NCBI GenBank assembly: GCA_035286125.1
Contig: JAYKIS010000086.1
Span: forward strand, 7,096 to 71,095
DNA from: Candidatus Sericytochromatia bacterium
Lineage (GTDB): Bacteria > Cyanobacteriota > Sericytochromatia > S15B-MN24 > VGJW01
Length of the DNA: 64,000 nucleotides
Direction of reading: 5' to 3'
In this document: positions 9,639 through 18,779 of the stretch, in pieces
Numbering within the stretch: the stretch's first letter is position 1
Layout of the letters: each line of letters starts with the position of its first letter
Made by a program: the position numbers and the translations under genes
The notes under the pieces: model-generated
Database searches by the model: none
The model's input: only the letters and a program-made list of their open reading frames with translations
What the model was told of the DNA's origin: nothing

Positions 9639-10772
9639 TCAGGCCGCTTCCTCGGCCTGCGTGCGCATCGGCAGCCAGAACCAGAAATTCGCTCCGCGGC
9701 CAGGGCTGCTGTCGACGCCAATCCGGCCGCCGTGGGCTTCGACGATGGCCCTTGCGATGGCGAGGCCGAGGCCCGTTCCCCCGCTGGCCGCGGGTCCGAT
9801 CTGGCGGTAGCGCTGGAAGAGCAGCTTGCGGTCCTCCGGGCTGATGCCGGGCCCACGGTCCCGGACCTCAATCCGGATGCCGCCATCCCGGGTGGTGAGG
9901 CCCACGTCGATGACGCCGCGGGGCGGACTGTGCCGGATCGCGTTCGACAGCAGGTTGAGCAGGACCTGATCGAGCCGCCGGGGATCCGCCATCACGGGCG
10001 GGCAGCTACCGGGCAGGTTCATGTCCAGGCGCAGGCTCCTCGCCTTGAGCTGGGGGCCGAGGCTGCAGGCCACGGCGCGCATGTGCGCCATGGGGTCGAG
10101 GGTTTCCGGATGAATCTGGAAGGTCCCGGCCTGGAGCCTTGCGTCATCGAGCAGTTCGTCGACCAGGTGGGTGATGCGTTGTCCTGCGCGCTTGATCTCG
10201 AGCACGAAGTCGCGTGCCTCGGTGCCCAGGGGACCGGCGAGGCCGTCCGCGAGCAACTCGGCAAAGCCCATGATGGTCGTCAGGGGCGTCCGCAGTTCGT
10301 GGCTGACGCTGCTGATGAACTGGTCACGCAGCGCTTCCAGGTGCCGCAGGGATCGCACCTCCTCGAGGGCTTGCTCGGCCCGGCTGCGGTGCAGGCTCTC
10401 CAGGTCGAGGGACATCCGCCTTCCCTGCAGCAGAGAATGGACGCGGGTACGCAACTCGATGCGGCGGATTGGCGTCAGCACGACCTCATCCGCGGTACAG
10501 CCGAGGTGACGCGAGGCCGGGTAGAGGTCGCTGGGGTGGACGAGCAGCAGGACGGGCAGGAAACGCGGTGCTTCGGCGGTACGACAGGCGTGGATCCGGT
10601 CCGCGAGGTCGATGTGGGAGCGCAGGTCCATCACGGCCAGATCCAGCGGAGTCCGCTGCTCCCCCGAATGCAGCTCGGGTCGCTCGATGATGGCGAAGTC
10701 CCGGGGCTCCAGGAGCGTGCGGAAGAGCCGGGCATCCTCGGCCTGCCCCAGCCAAAGCCCGAGCTGCATCAT
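9639..10772 (-). CDS. sensor histidine kinase with N-terminal pseudo-receiver domain
   Basis: Trimmed to ATG 10772 (ATGA overlap with the KaiC-like stop). H-box [14 protein letters not shown]-box [13 protein letters not shown]1 DRGPGI, G2 [10 protein letters not shown]. The N-terminal 120 aa look REC-like, but the conserved KP is TP and the acidic pair is missing. Confidence 0.85.
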   Translation of the reverse strand: MMQLGLWLGQAEDARLFRTLLEPRDFAIIERPELHSGEQRTPLDLAVMDLRSHIDLADRIHACRTAEAPRFLPVLLLVHPSDLYPASRHLGCTADEVVLTPIRRIELRTRVHSLLQGRRMSLDLESLHRSRAEQALEEVRSLRHLEALRDQFISSVSHELRTPLTTIMGFAELLADGLAGPLGTEARDFVLEIKRAGQRITHLVDELLDDARLQAGTFQIHPETLDPMAHMRAVACSLGPQLKARSLRLDMNLPGSCPPVMADPRRLDQVLLNLLSNAIRHSPPRGVIDVGLTTRDGGIRIEVRDRGPGISPEDRKLLFQRYRQIGPAASGGTGLGLAIARAIVEAHGGRIGVDSSPGRGANFWFWLPMRTQAEEAA

Positions 10773-12235
10773 ACCGGCGGGCCGCCGTCCCTGAGGGTGG
10801 GCATGTCCTTGAGGATGGTGCCGATGGCGCGCATCTGCTGGCCAATCACGACGCCACCCCGGGTGGCCTCGATCTCGCGCAGGCACGGCTCGAAGGTCGA
10901 GAGCCGCTTCTTGAGGACGCCGATCGCCCGGCCCATCGTGACGCGCTTGTCCGGGTGATGACGCTCGAAGTAGCGCAGGTACAGGATGGTGTCGCAAAGG
11001 AAGCCCAGGGATTGGTTGGAGAGCCTGAAGCTGGATACCTCTTCCTGTTCGTTCGTCAGCAGGACCGTGACCCCGAGTTCCTGCAGCATGGTCGCCGTGC
11101 TGAAGGTTGCGGCCACCACCTCGCGGATGTCGTGCATCAGGGCCAGGCCCGTCATGCTGTCCAGAACCACGACCTGCGCATTCGTGCGTGCTATCTCGCG
11201 AAGGAGCAGTTGCTGGAAGCCGGGCAGGCTGGTACGCATGGGATGGAGGCGCAGCAGCCTGAGGGCTCCCGTGTCCATGGCCGCGTCATAGGGCAGGCCC
11301 ATTCCGAGGCAGCGCGTCCGGCTGACGCCCGGGTCCTCTTCGAAGCTGCAGACCACCGTCGGGCGCCCCGCGCAGGCCTGGTGCAGGGCAAACGCAGCCG
11401 CAAGGGTGCTCTTGCCCGTACCGCTCGGTCCCGTGAGCATGGTGATGGTGCCAGTCTCGAGCCCCCCGTCCAGCATGGCATCGAGGGTGGGAATGCCGGA
11501 TTGCAGGCGGCTGCCGGAGTCCGGCATCGCCGAAAGTCCCGGCAGCACCCGTGGCAGGACCTGCAGGCCCCGGTGGTCGAGCCGAAGGGCATGGCGTCCG
11601 TAGTCGAAGTCCGACCCGCGGATCTTGCGGATGACGAGACCACGGCCGGCTTCGTCGTGGAGCAGTTGCAGGACACCATCGGCCAGGTAGGCAAATCCGT
11701 CTTCCTGCTCGTGGTCCGCACCCTCGGCACTGAAGAGCACCGTCGCCTTGTGCTCGGCCAGGAAGCGCATCAGGGCCAGCAGGTGGCGTCGCAGCTGAAA
11801 CGGATCAGGCGACAGGTACCGGAACTGCTCCATCGAGTCGATGAAGACCCGCTCGGGAGCCTGCCTGTCGACGGCTTCCGTGATGGCGTGGGCGATGGGG
11901 CCACGTTCGATCTCGGCCGGTGAGAAGAGGTCGTACGTGCGCTGGGCCGTGAAGTACTCTGCCGACGGGTTCAGGTCCAGGGCGTCGATGCCGTCGACGG
12001 CGAGCTGCCGTGCACGTGCATCGTGCAGGATCTGCCCCGTGTGCTCGCCCAGCGAGATCAGGAGGCAACGCTGCCCCTCCCTGCGGCCGGCTGCCAGGAA
12101 GTGCAGGCCCACCGAGGTCTTGCCCGAGCCGGCCCGTCCCTCGACGAGCACGCTGCGATGGGGAAGGTAGCCGCCATCCAGCAAGGGATCGAGGCCCGGG
12201 ATGCCGGAACTCAGGCGCGACGGGTCGGCTGGCAT
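10769..12235 (-). CDS. KaiC-like double RecA-fold ATPase
   Basis: Trimmed to ATG 12235 (MPADPSRLSSGIPGLDPLLDGGYLPHRSVLVEGRAGSGKTSVG). A second domain has SGIPTLDAMLDGGLETGTITMLTGPSGTGKSTL and the FEED catalytic pair. Overall a two-domain KaiC architecture. Confidence 0.85.
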   Translation of the reverse strand: MPADPSRLSSGIPGLDPLLDGGYLPHRSVLVEGRAGSGKTSVGLHFLAAGRREGQRCLLISLGEHTGQILHDARARQLAVDGIDALDLNPSAEYFTAQRTYDLFSPAEIERGPIAHAITEAVDRQAPERVFIDSMEQFRYLSPDPFQLRRHLLALMRFLAEHKATVLFSAEGADHEQEDGFAYLADGVLQLLHDEAGRGLVIRKIRGSDFDYGRHALRLDHRGLQVLPRVLPGLSAMPDSGSRLQSGIPTLDAMLDGGLETGTITMLTGPSGTGKSTLAAAFALHQACAGRPTVVCSFEEDPGVSRTRCLGMGLPYDAAMDTGALRLLRLHPMRTSLPGFQQLLLREIARTNAQVVVLDSMTGLALMHDIREVVAATFSTATMLQELGVTVLLTNEQEEVSSFRLSNQSLGFLCDTILYLRYFERHHPDKRVTMGRAIGVLKKRLSTFEPCLREIEATRGGVVIGQQMRAIGTILKDMPTLRDGGPPV

Positions 12236-12299
12236 GGCTCCATGGCAGCCGACAATCGGCAGCCGTGGCTTGGACCACCCGACCGCAACCTGCTGTCTG

Positions 12300-13616
12300 T
12301 CAGGACCTTGCCGTGATCGGGTCGGCGGCAGCGGCCAGATCGGCCATGGCACGCTCGCCCTGGCGGCGACGGCGCTCGGCCTTGTCCCGGATGCGTTCCG
12401 GCCAGGCGTCAACCAGGCCCCAGTTGGCATTCATGGGCTGGAAGTGCGCGGGGTCGGCCGAAGCGACGTAGCGGGCCAAGGCCCCCAGCATCGTGGTGGT
12501 GGGCAGGACAAGGGGGGCGAATCCGCGCAGGACCCGACCCAGGTTGATGCCGGCGAGCAGGCCGGTGGCGGCGGCTTCCGTGTAGCCCTCGACCCCGATG
12601 AGGGTGCCCGCAAAAGCCTGGTCCGTACGGCCGCGGCGCAGCATGGTCGGCTCGAGGAAGGCCGGGCTGGCCAGGTAGGTGTTGCGGTGCATCACGCCCA
12701 GCCGGACGAACTCGGCCCCGGCCAGCCCCGGAATCATCGAGAACACCCGCTTCTGGTCACCCCACTTGAGTTGGGTCTGGAAGCCCACCAGGTTGAACAT
12801 GTCGCCGGTCACGGTGTCCTGACGCAACTGCACGCAGGCGTAGGGCCAGCGGCCGGTACGGGGGTCCGTCAGGCCCACGGGCTTCATGGGGCCGTAGCGG
12901 AGGGTGTCCACGCCCCGTCGTGCCAGCACCTCGACCGGCAGGCAACCCTCGAAGAAAGCGACATCCTTCTCTTCCTCGAGGTGCAGGACGGTGTTCTCGG
13001 CCTCGACGAGGGCGGCATGAAATGCGGCATATTCTTCGCGGTTCATCGGGGCATTGAGGTAGGCTGCCTCGCCCTTGTCCCAGCGCGAGGCGACGAAGAG
13101 CCGGTCCATGTCGAGCGACTCGCGCGTCACCACGGGTGCGGCCGCGTCGAAGAAGTGCAGTTGGTCCACGCCTAGCTGGGCCTGCAGGTGTGCGGCAAGG
13201 TCCGGCGAAGTGAGGGGCCCGCTGGCGACGATGACGGGACCGTCGAGGGAGACGACCTCGTCACGAGAGAGACGCAGGTTCGGCAAGGAGGCAAGGCGAC
13301 GTGTCACGGCGGCAGAGAAGACGTCCCGGTCCACGGCGAGTGCCGCGCCGGCAGGAACCCGGGCTTCCGCGGCCGCATCGAGGATGACGGACCCGAGGTG
13401 GCGCATCTCGGCCTTGAGCAGGGCTGGCGCGCTGCCGGTGGTGTCCGACCCGAGCGAGTTGGAGCAGACCAGCTCCGCGAGGCCATCTCCCTTGTGCGCC
13501 GGTGTCGGCCGTGTGGGCCGCATCTCGTGCAGCACCACGTCCAGGCCTTGGCGTGCCAACTGCCACGCGGCCTCGCTGCCGGCGAGGCCACCCCCGACGA
13601 CGTGGACGGTCGTCAT
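12300..13616 (-). CDS. trmFO: methylenetetrahydrofolate--tRNA-(uracil54-C5)-methyltransferase
   Basis: MTTVHVVGGGLAGSEAAWQLARQG FAD-binding fold, CSNSLG motif, 438 aa. Synteny is topA-trmFO. Confidence 0.93.
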   Translation of the reverse strand: MTTVHVVGGGLAGSEAAWQLARQGLDVVLHEMRPTRPTPAHKGDGLAELVCSNSLGSDTTGSAPALLKAEMRHLGSVILDAAAEARVPAGAALAVDRDVFSAAVTRRLASLPNLRLSRDEVVSLDGPVIVASGPLTSPDLAAHLQAQLGVDQLHFFDAAAPVVTRESLDMDRLFVASRWDKGEAAYLNAPMNREEYAAFHAALVEAENTVLHLEEEKDVAFFEGCLPVEVLARRGVDTLRYGPMKPVGLTDPRTGRWPYACVQLRQDTVTGDMFNLVGFQTQLKWGDQKRVFSMIPGLAGAEFVRLGVMHRNTYLASPAFLEPTMLRRGRTDQAFAGTLIGVEGYTEAAATGLLAGINLGRVLRGFAPLVLPTTTMLGALARYVASADPAHFQPMNANWGLVDAWPERIRDKAERRRRQGERAMADLAAAADPITARS

Positions 13617-15775
13617 GCCTTTGCCGGGGCTTCCCCGTCCTCGTCACCCGCCGCATCATCCTTCTTGCGGGTGGAGGGCATGTTGACGATTTGCTTGCAC
13701 TCGACGACGGCACATTGCAGGTAGGGGCGGCGGCCCTTGGCCCGCGGGAACTTCTTGACCATCCAGGTGGCTCCGCACTTGGGACAGGGGGTGTCCTGAG
13801 GTTCGCCCCAGCTGGTCCAGTTGCAGGCCGGGTAGGTATCGCAACCGAAGAAAACCTTGCCCATGCGGCTGGTCCGCTCGATGACCTCGCCGGTGCAGCC
13901 CTCGCGCTTGCAGCGTTGGCCGGTGCGCTTGATGATGGGCGCGGTCGTCTTGCATTCGGGATAACCCTCGCAACCCAGGAACGACCCACGCCAAGTGCTC
14001 TTGATCAGCATCTGGCGCCCGCAGTTCGGGCAGGTTTCGCCGGACGGCACGACGACGGCTTCCATCTCCTTCTCGGCCTTCTTGAGCGTCGCCATGAAGG
14101 GCTCGTAGAAGTCCCGGATCAGCGCGATCCATTCCCGGCCGCCATCCTCGATGGCGTCGAGGTCCTGCTCCATCCGTGACGTGAAGGACACATCGACGAT
14201 GTCCGGGAAATGGGCGACCAGCTGGTCATTGACCCGGAAGCCGAGGTCGGTCGGATGCAGGGCTTTGCCTTCCCTCTCGACGTACTTGCGATCCTGAATG
14301 GTCGTGATGGTGGCGGCATAGGTCGAGGGCCGACCGATGCCCTGCTCCTCGAGCGTCCGCACCAGGGTGGCCTCGGTGAATCGCGGGGGAGGCTGCGTGA
14401 AGTGCTGCACCGGGTCGAGCTTCTGGCACGCCAGCGTCTCGCCCTCGGCAAGCACAGGGAGCTTGACCAGCTTCTCGGCCACGGCATCTTCCTCGGCCGT
14501 GTCCTTGTAGGCCGCCTGGTAGCCCGCGAAGAGCACGCGGGTGTCGGTCGCCCTGAATGTGCCCTCGCCAGACGTGATATCGACCGCCAGGGTCTCGAGT
14601 CGCGCATCGGCCATCTGCGAAGCGCAGAAGCGCTCCCAGATCAGCTTGTAGAGCTTCATCTGGTCAGCCGTCAGGATGCCCTTCAGCGTATCCGGCCGGC
14701 GGTGGATGCTGGTGGGGCGAATCGCCTCATGGGCTTCCTGGGCCGACTTTCGGCTGGTGTAGACACGGGCCTTGGCCGGGAGATGGTCGGCGCCGTAAGT
14801 AGCCGTGATGAATTCCTTGGCCTCGACCTGGGCTTCCTGCGCGACGCGGACGGAGTCGGTACGCATGTAGGTGATCAGTCCGACCGGTCCTTCCGAACCG
14901 AGTTCGACACCCTCATAGAGACCCTGCGCGATGTTCATCGTGCGCTTGACCGTGAAGCCGAGGCGGCGTGAGGCTTCCTGCTGGAGCGTCGAGGTCGTGA
15001 AGGGTGCAGCCGGCTTGCGGGTGCTGGGCTTCGTCGCGAGCTTGCCGACGGTGAACGGACCGGGCCGGACGGCCGCGACGATGGCTTCGGCCATGGCCGC
15101 GTCGCCGATGACGGGCTTCTCGCCCTTCCACCGGAACAACTCGGCCTCGAAGGCTTCCTTGCCCTTGAGCAGGGTGGCCGTCAGGGTCCAGTACTCGACA
15201 GGCACGAAGGCCAAGACCTCGCGCTCACGGTCGCAGATCAGGCGCACGGCCACGCTCTGCACCCGACCGGCCGAGAGGCCTCGCTGGACCTTTTGCCACA
15301 GCAGGGGCGATATCTTGTAGCCCACCAGCCTGTCGAGCACGCGCCTCGCCTGCTGGGCATCGACCCGATGCAGGTCGATGGCCCGGGGGTTCTTGACGGC
15401 GCGCTTGATGGCATCCGCGGTGATCTCGTTGAACTCGATCCGGTGGATGGGCAGTTCGCTGGCCTCGGGCGTACCCTTGAGGATTTCGGACAGGTGCCAG
15501 GCAATCGCCTCGCCCTCCCGGTCCGGGTCAGGGGCCAGGAAGATCTTGCCGACGCCCTGGGCGGCTTCCTGCAGTTCGCGGACCACCTTTTCCTTGTCGT
15601 CCATCACGACGTACTCAGGCATGAAGGTCTTGCGCCGGACTTCGACGCCCAGGCCCTTCTTGGGGAGGTCGCGGACGTGTCCGGCCGAGGCCTTCACGAC
15701 GAAGTCCTTGCCGAGGATCTTGCTGATGGTCTTCGCCTTGGCGGGCGACTCCACGATGACGAGCGATTTGGCCAT
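13613..15775 (-). CDS. topA: DNA topoisomerase I
   Basis: ORF 13613..16354 trimmed to ATG 15775 (MAKSLVIVESPAKAKTISKILGKDF, a Toprim domain). C-terminal CPNCG/CPKCG zinc ribbons. Stop overlaps trmFO start (ATGA). Confidence 0.95.
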   Translation of the reverse strand: MAKSLVIVESPAKAKTISKILGKDFVVKASAGHVRDLPKKGLGVEVRRKTFMPEYVVMDDKEKVVRELQEAAQGVGKIFLAPDPDREGEAIAWHLSEILKGTPEASELPIHRIEFNEITADAIKRAVKNPRAIDLHRVDAQQARRVLDRLVGYKISPLLWQKVQRGLSAGRVQSVAVRLICDREREVLAFVPVEYWTLTATLLKGKEAFEAELFRWKGEKPVIGDAAMAEAIVAAVRPGPFTVGKLATKPSTRKPAAPFTTSTLQQEASRRLGFTVKRTMNIAQGLYEGVELGSEGPVGLITYMRTDSVRVAQEAQVEAKEFITATYGADHLPAKARVYTSRKSAQEAHEAIRPTSIHRRPDTLKGILTADQMKLYKLIWERFCASQMADARLETLAVDITSGEGTFRATDTRVLFAGYQAAYKDTAEEDAVAEKLVKLPVLAEGETLACQKLDPVQHFTQPPPRFTEATLVRTLEEQGIGRPSTYAATITTIQDRKYVEREGKALHPTDLGFRVNDQLVAHFPDIVDVSFTSRMEQDLDAIEDGGREWIALIRDFYEPFMATLKKAEKEMEAVVVPSGETCPNCGRQMLIKSTWRGSFLGCEGYPECKTTAPIIKRTGQRCKREGCTGEVIERTSRMGKVFFGCDTYPACNWTSWGEPQDTPCPKCGATWMVKKFPRAKGRRPYLQCAVVECKQIVNMPSTRKKDDAAGDEDGEAPAKA

Positions 15776-15789
15776 GGGGCAAAGATACC

Positions 15790-16932
15790 CTATCGACGCG
15801 TGGTTGCGGTGCCGACGAACACGCAACGGCCCTCCCATCGGAGGGTTCCTTCGCGCAGGAGGGGGGCCAGCACGTCGTTCGTTCGTTCCTCGCTCCAACC
15901 CAGGCGTGCGGCCAAGGCGGCGGGTGCCAGAAGGTCGTGGCCCAACGCCGCGATCAGGCGGTGGCTGGCCTCGGCTGGCGTAGGGACCGTGGTGCACGGC
16001 GTGCCGGGCGCGGCGGCTTGCCAGCCCAATTCTCCGAGGAGGTCCTGCGCGTCCGCGATGACGGGTGCGCCATCCTCGGCGGCCTGTCGGCTGCCGGCGA
16101 AGCTTGGAAAACCCGCGGGCCCCTCGAGAACGAAGGCCGGTATGCCCAACTCGGCCGCGAGGCCCAGGGTGTGCAGGGCTCCGCTTCGCGCGGGGGCCTC
16201 CGTGACCACGACGGCGTCGGCCATCGCCGCGACCAACCGGTTGCGTGCGAGGAAGCCGCCCTGGCCCATGCCGCGTCCCGGCGCGCGTTCGGACAGCCAC
16301 GTGCCGCCGGCCTCGAGGATGCGACGAGCCAGCCAGCGGTTGGCGGGCGGCCATGGCGCATCAATGGGCGTGCCGAATACGGCAATCGTGTGGCCCTGGG
16401 CCTCGAGCGCGCCTTCGTGAGCTGCCCCGTCGATACCCTCTGCAAGGCCGGAAACGATGGTGATGCCGAGATCGGCCAGCGTTCGGGCAAGCAGGCGGGT
16501 ACGCGAGCAGCCGTGGCGTGTCGCGCGGCGAGTGCCCACGATGGCGATCGCAGGATTTCCGTCGCGTCGCGGTTGGCCGCGTCCGAAGGCGACGAGCGGG
16601 GGATCGGCAAGGCGTTGCCAACCTCCCGGGTAGCCGGGCATGCCGGCCATCGTCGGCCAGATGCCCTGACTCAGCAGTCCGTCGAGGACGGCCCCGGGTC
16701 GATGCCCGGCTCGGGCGCGGGTCAGATCGCGGATCGGGCCCTGCCTGACGCCTGTGACCTGCATCAGGACGTCCGGAGGAGCCTCGAGGATGGCCCTTGC
16801 ACTGCCCAAGGCCTGTCGGAGCCGAACGAGCGTCCGGTTGCCCAGACCCTCGATGGTGGCGAGGGTGCAGGCTGCGGCGATCTCGCGGGCTCGCTCTTCG
16901 GCCCGGAAGTTGCCAGCATTTGCGTTCGTCAA
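15790..16932 (-). CDS. dprA: DNA processing protein DprA (Smf)
   Basis: AIVGTRRATRHG...GITIVSGLAEGIDGAAHEGAL...GFLARNRLVAAMADAVVVTEA motifs. TTG start at 16932 preceded by AAGGAGG. Confidence 0.9.
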   Translation of the reverse strand: MTNANAGNFRAEERAREIAAACTLATIEGLGNRTLVRLRQALGSARAILEAPPDVLMQVTGVRQGPIRDLTRARAGHRPGAVLDGLLSQGIWPTMAGMPGYPGGWQRLADPPLVAFGRGQPRRDGNPAIAIVGTRRATRHGCSRTRLLARTLADLGITIVSGLAEGIDGAAHEGALEAQGHTIAVFGTPIDAPWPPANRWLARRILEAGGTWLSERAPGRGMGQGGFLARNRLVAAMADAVVVTEAPARSGALHTLGLAAELGIPAFVLEGPAGFPSFAGSRQAAEDGAPVIADAQDLLGELGWQAAAPGTPCTTVPTPAEASHRLIAALGHDLLAPAALAARLGWSEERTNDVLAPLLREGTLRWEGRCVFVGTATTRR

Positions 16933-17009
16933 TTCGCCTCCTTGCGTGAACCGGCCCGGCTCCCCGTGGGGGAACCGGGCCGGTTGGATGGAAATCCGTG
17001 ACCGAAGGC

Positions 17010-17297
17010 CTAGTGGTCCTTCTTTTCGCCGTGAGCGCCATCCTCGCCGTCATGGCTGTGCTCGGGCGTACCGGCGGCATGGTCGTGATCCGCAGGGGCC
17101 TCGGCTTCGCCGGTGGCCGACTGGGTGTTCATGTCGGCACCGCTGGCGGCTTCGGAGGTCGTCTCGCTGTCGGTGGCCATCTCGGTGGTCTCGGTGGCGG
17201 CACCGGTCTCGCCGGCTTCTTCGGCTTTCTTCTCGCAGCCGCTGACGGCGACCAGGGACAGGGCCATCAAGCCCGCGAGCAGCGTCTTCCGGAACAT
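17010..17297 (-). CDS. small acidic lipoprotein with His-rich C-terminus
   Basis: Signal peptide plus lipobox (LVAVSGC). The mature part is E/T/A-rich and ends HDHAAGTPEHSHDGEDGAHGEKKDH. AAAGGAAAA lies upstream of the ATG at 17297. Confidence 0.6.
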   Translation of the reverse strand: MFRKTLLAGLMALSLVAVSGCEKKAEEAGETGAATETTEMATDSETTSEAASGADMNTQSATGEAEAPADHDHAAGTPEHSHDGEDGAHGEKKDH

Positions 17298-17390
17298 GGG
17301 GTTTTCCTTTCGGGGTGGGGTGGAGACAGCGGATGCGCCATGATGACGAGTTCTCGACCCGCGCGTGAGGCGATCATGACGAGAGTTCGG

Positions 17391-17687
17391 TCAGGGCTTG
17401 CTGGCAGCCTTGCGCTGCTCGATGAGCCAGCAGTTCGGACCCCTGGAATTGTAATCCTCGATCAACATGTCGAGGGCAGCACGCATCAGCTCGGACTTGC
17501 CGATCTTCTCCTTGTAGCCGTTCTTGCCGATGCGCAGCTCCAGCATGATGATGTCCAGCTTCGTCAGCTGTTCCTCGGAGAAGTAAAAGGTGGCGCGCTG
17601 GTTGAACTCGGCACTTTCTCCAGGGCCGCCGGCACCCTCCTCGGGGTCGCCAGCCGCGCCTTGGGAGTTCTTGCGGGCCTTGTTCAT
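17391..17687 (-). CDS. small hypothetical protein, possible ribbon-helix-helix DNA-binding fold
   Basis: 98 aa with a disordered G/A/E N-terminus, followed by ATFYFSEEQLTKLDIIMLELR...KSELMRAALDMLIEDY (a strand-helix-helix pattern). SD AAGGAAG. Locally lower GC than neighbours. Confidence 0.5.
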   Translation of the reverse strand: MNKARKNSQGAAGDPEEGAGGPGESAEFNQRATFYFSEEQLTKLDIIMLELRIGKNGYKEKIGKSELMRAALDMLIEDYNSRGPNCWLIEQRKAASKP

Positions 17688-17698
17688 GGGACTTCCTT

Positions 17699-17707
17699 AC
17701 TATACCA
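17699..17707 (-). promoter_or_regulatory. candidate extended -10 promoter element (TGGTATAGT) for the RHH-like gene
   Basis: Minus-strand TGGTATAGT lies about 12-20 nt upstream of ATG 17687. It matches TGnTATAAT at 8 of 9 positions. No convincing -35 element. Confidence 0.3.
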
Positions 17708-17993
17708 AGCTGTTGCCAAGGACACCCTGCATGGGTGTTGCTGTGGTGATGTTAGGGAGTCGCTGCGGCGCGCGTAAGTAAACTTCGTCACATGCTGGCG
17801 AGCCTGAAAATCTAGTCGTGACGCGGCTCACAACCCTGTCGACGAGGATCCGGGGATGATGCTTGCGTGTGGGTCGGCGTGCCCGGCCGGCCGGGATACG
17901 TTGGGCCGGGCAAGGGTATAGTGCGATGCGCGGCACCATGGCGTGGCCGCAGTGGAGGGACGCGTGGTGCAGCGGGTCGAGCGGCGTACCCGG

Positions 17994-18779
17994 ATGACGG
18001 GGCTCATCCTGCCCATGGCCGTCGGTTGCGCGCTCTTGGCCGGTTGCGAGGCTTTCCGCATCGGCAATCCCGCCTTGCCCAAGGCGCGCCTGCTGGCCGT
18101 CGCGCAGACGCAAGTCGTGACGGTGCGCATCACGATGGACCCGGCTTCGACCGTCAGTGAACCCCAGTTCACCTTTGTCAGCCAGCCTGAGACCATCCAG
18201 GTCGTCGTGTCGCCATTCCCTGGTGATGCCATTCCCGGGGTGCGCCTCAACGCTTTCTCCATCAGTTGGTTCGACAGCGCGGCGTCGCCCATCGATCCGT
18301 TGGTGATCCAGCCTTGGAACCAAGGCCTTTCCCTTTACATGCAGCGGCCCGGTCTGGCCGGTGGCGCGGGTGGCGCTGCGGGCGGCGCTGCGGGCGGCGC
18401 TGCAGGTGGCGCGGCAGGTGGCGCGGCAGGTGGCGCGGCGGGCGGTGCGGCGGGCGGTGCGGGTGCCGGCGCGGGCGGCGCTGCTGGCGGCGCTGCCGGT
18501 GGTGCTGCGGGTGGCGCGGCCGGCGGACAGACGCTTGAGATACCGCTGGTTCGCAGCGATGTCGTCAAGTTCGGCGTGGACAACGGGTATCGCGTCAACC
18601 CGCTGACGGGGCGGCTGGTGCCCAAGCTTGATGCCTGGTCCCAAAACCTGACGGCCCAGATTTCGTTCTCGGGACGCGATGACAACGGCTATCCGCTCTC
18701 GGACCTCTCGGCCCGACTGGCCGTCCGGTTCGTCGCCGGGATGCAAGGGGAGAATGCAGCCCCTGCGGGAGGCAACTGA
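17994..18779 (+). CDS. lipoprotein of unknown function with internal (GGAA)n low-complexity linker
   Basis: ORF 17943..18779 trimmed to ATG 17994 (MTGLILPMAVGCALLAGC, lipobox LAGC). The central 57-residue Gly/Ala repeat separates two beta-rich halves. Confidence 0.7.
   Translation: MTGLILPMAVGCALLAGCEAFRIGNPALPKARLLAVAQTQVVTVRITMDPASTVSEPQFTFVSQPETIQVVVSPFPGDAIPGVRLNAFSISWFDSAASPIDPLVIQPWNQGLSLYMQRPGLAGGAGGAAGGAAGGAAGGAAGGAAGGAAGGAAGGAGAGAGGAAGGAAGGAAGGAAGGQTLEIPLVRSDVVKFGVDNGYRVNPLTGRLVPKLDAWSQNLTAQISFSGRDDNGYPLSDLSARLAVRFVAGMQGENAAPAGGN
18357..18527 (+). repeat. imperfect 12-bp tandem repeat (GGY GGY GCN GCN, about 14 units) encoding (GGAA)n
   Basis: Read directly: ggtggcgctgcg ggcggcgctgcg ggcggcgctgca ggtggcgcggca ... 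The units differ mostly at synonymous third positions. Confidence 0.9.

Noticed and set aside
10769-12235. Double-P-loop ATPase as RadA/Sms or RecA paralogue
   Set aside because: It has no N-terminal zinc finger or C-terminal Lon-like domain. It has two tandem KaiC-type domains with the GIPGLD...GG signature, which favours the KaiC family.
18357-18527. Possible CRISPR-like or minisatellite array
   Set aside because: The units are 12 bp, contiguous and without spacers. They lie in frame inside a lipoprotein CDS and encode a (GGAA)n linker, so this is not a CRISPR array.
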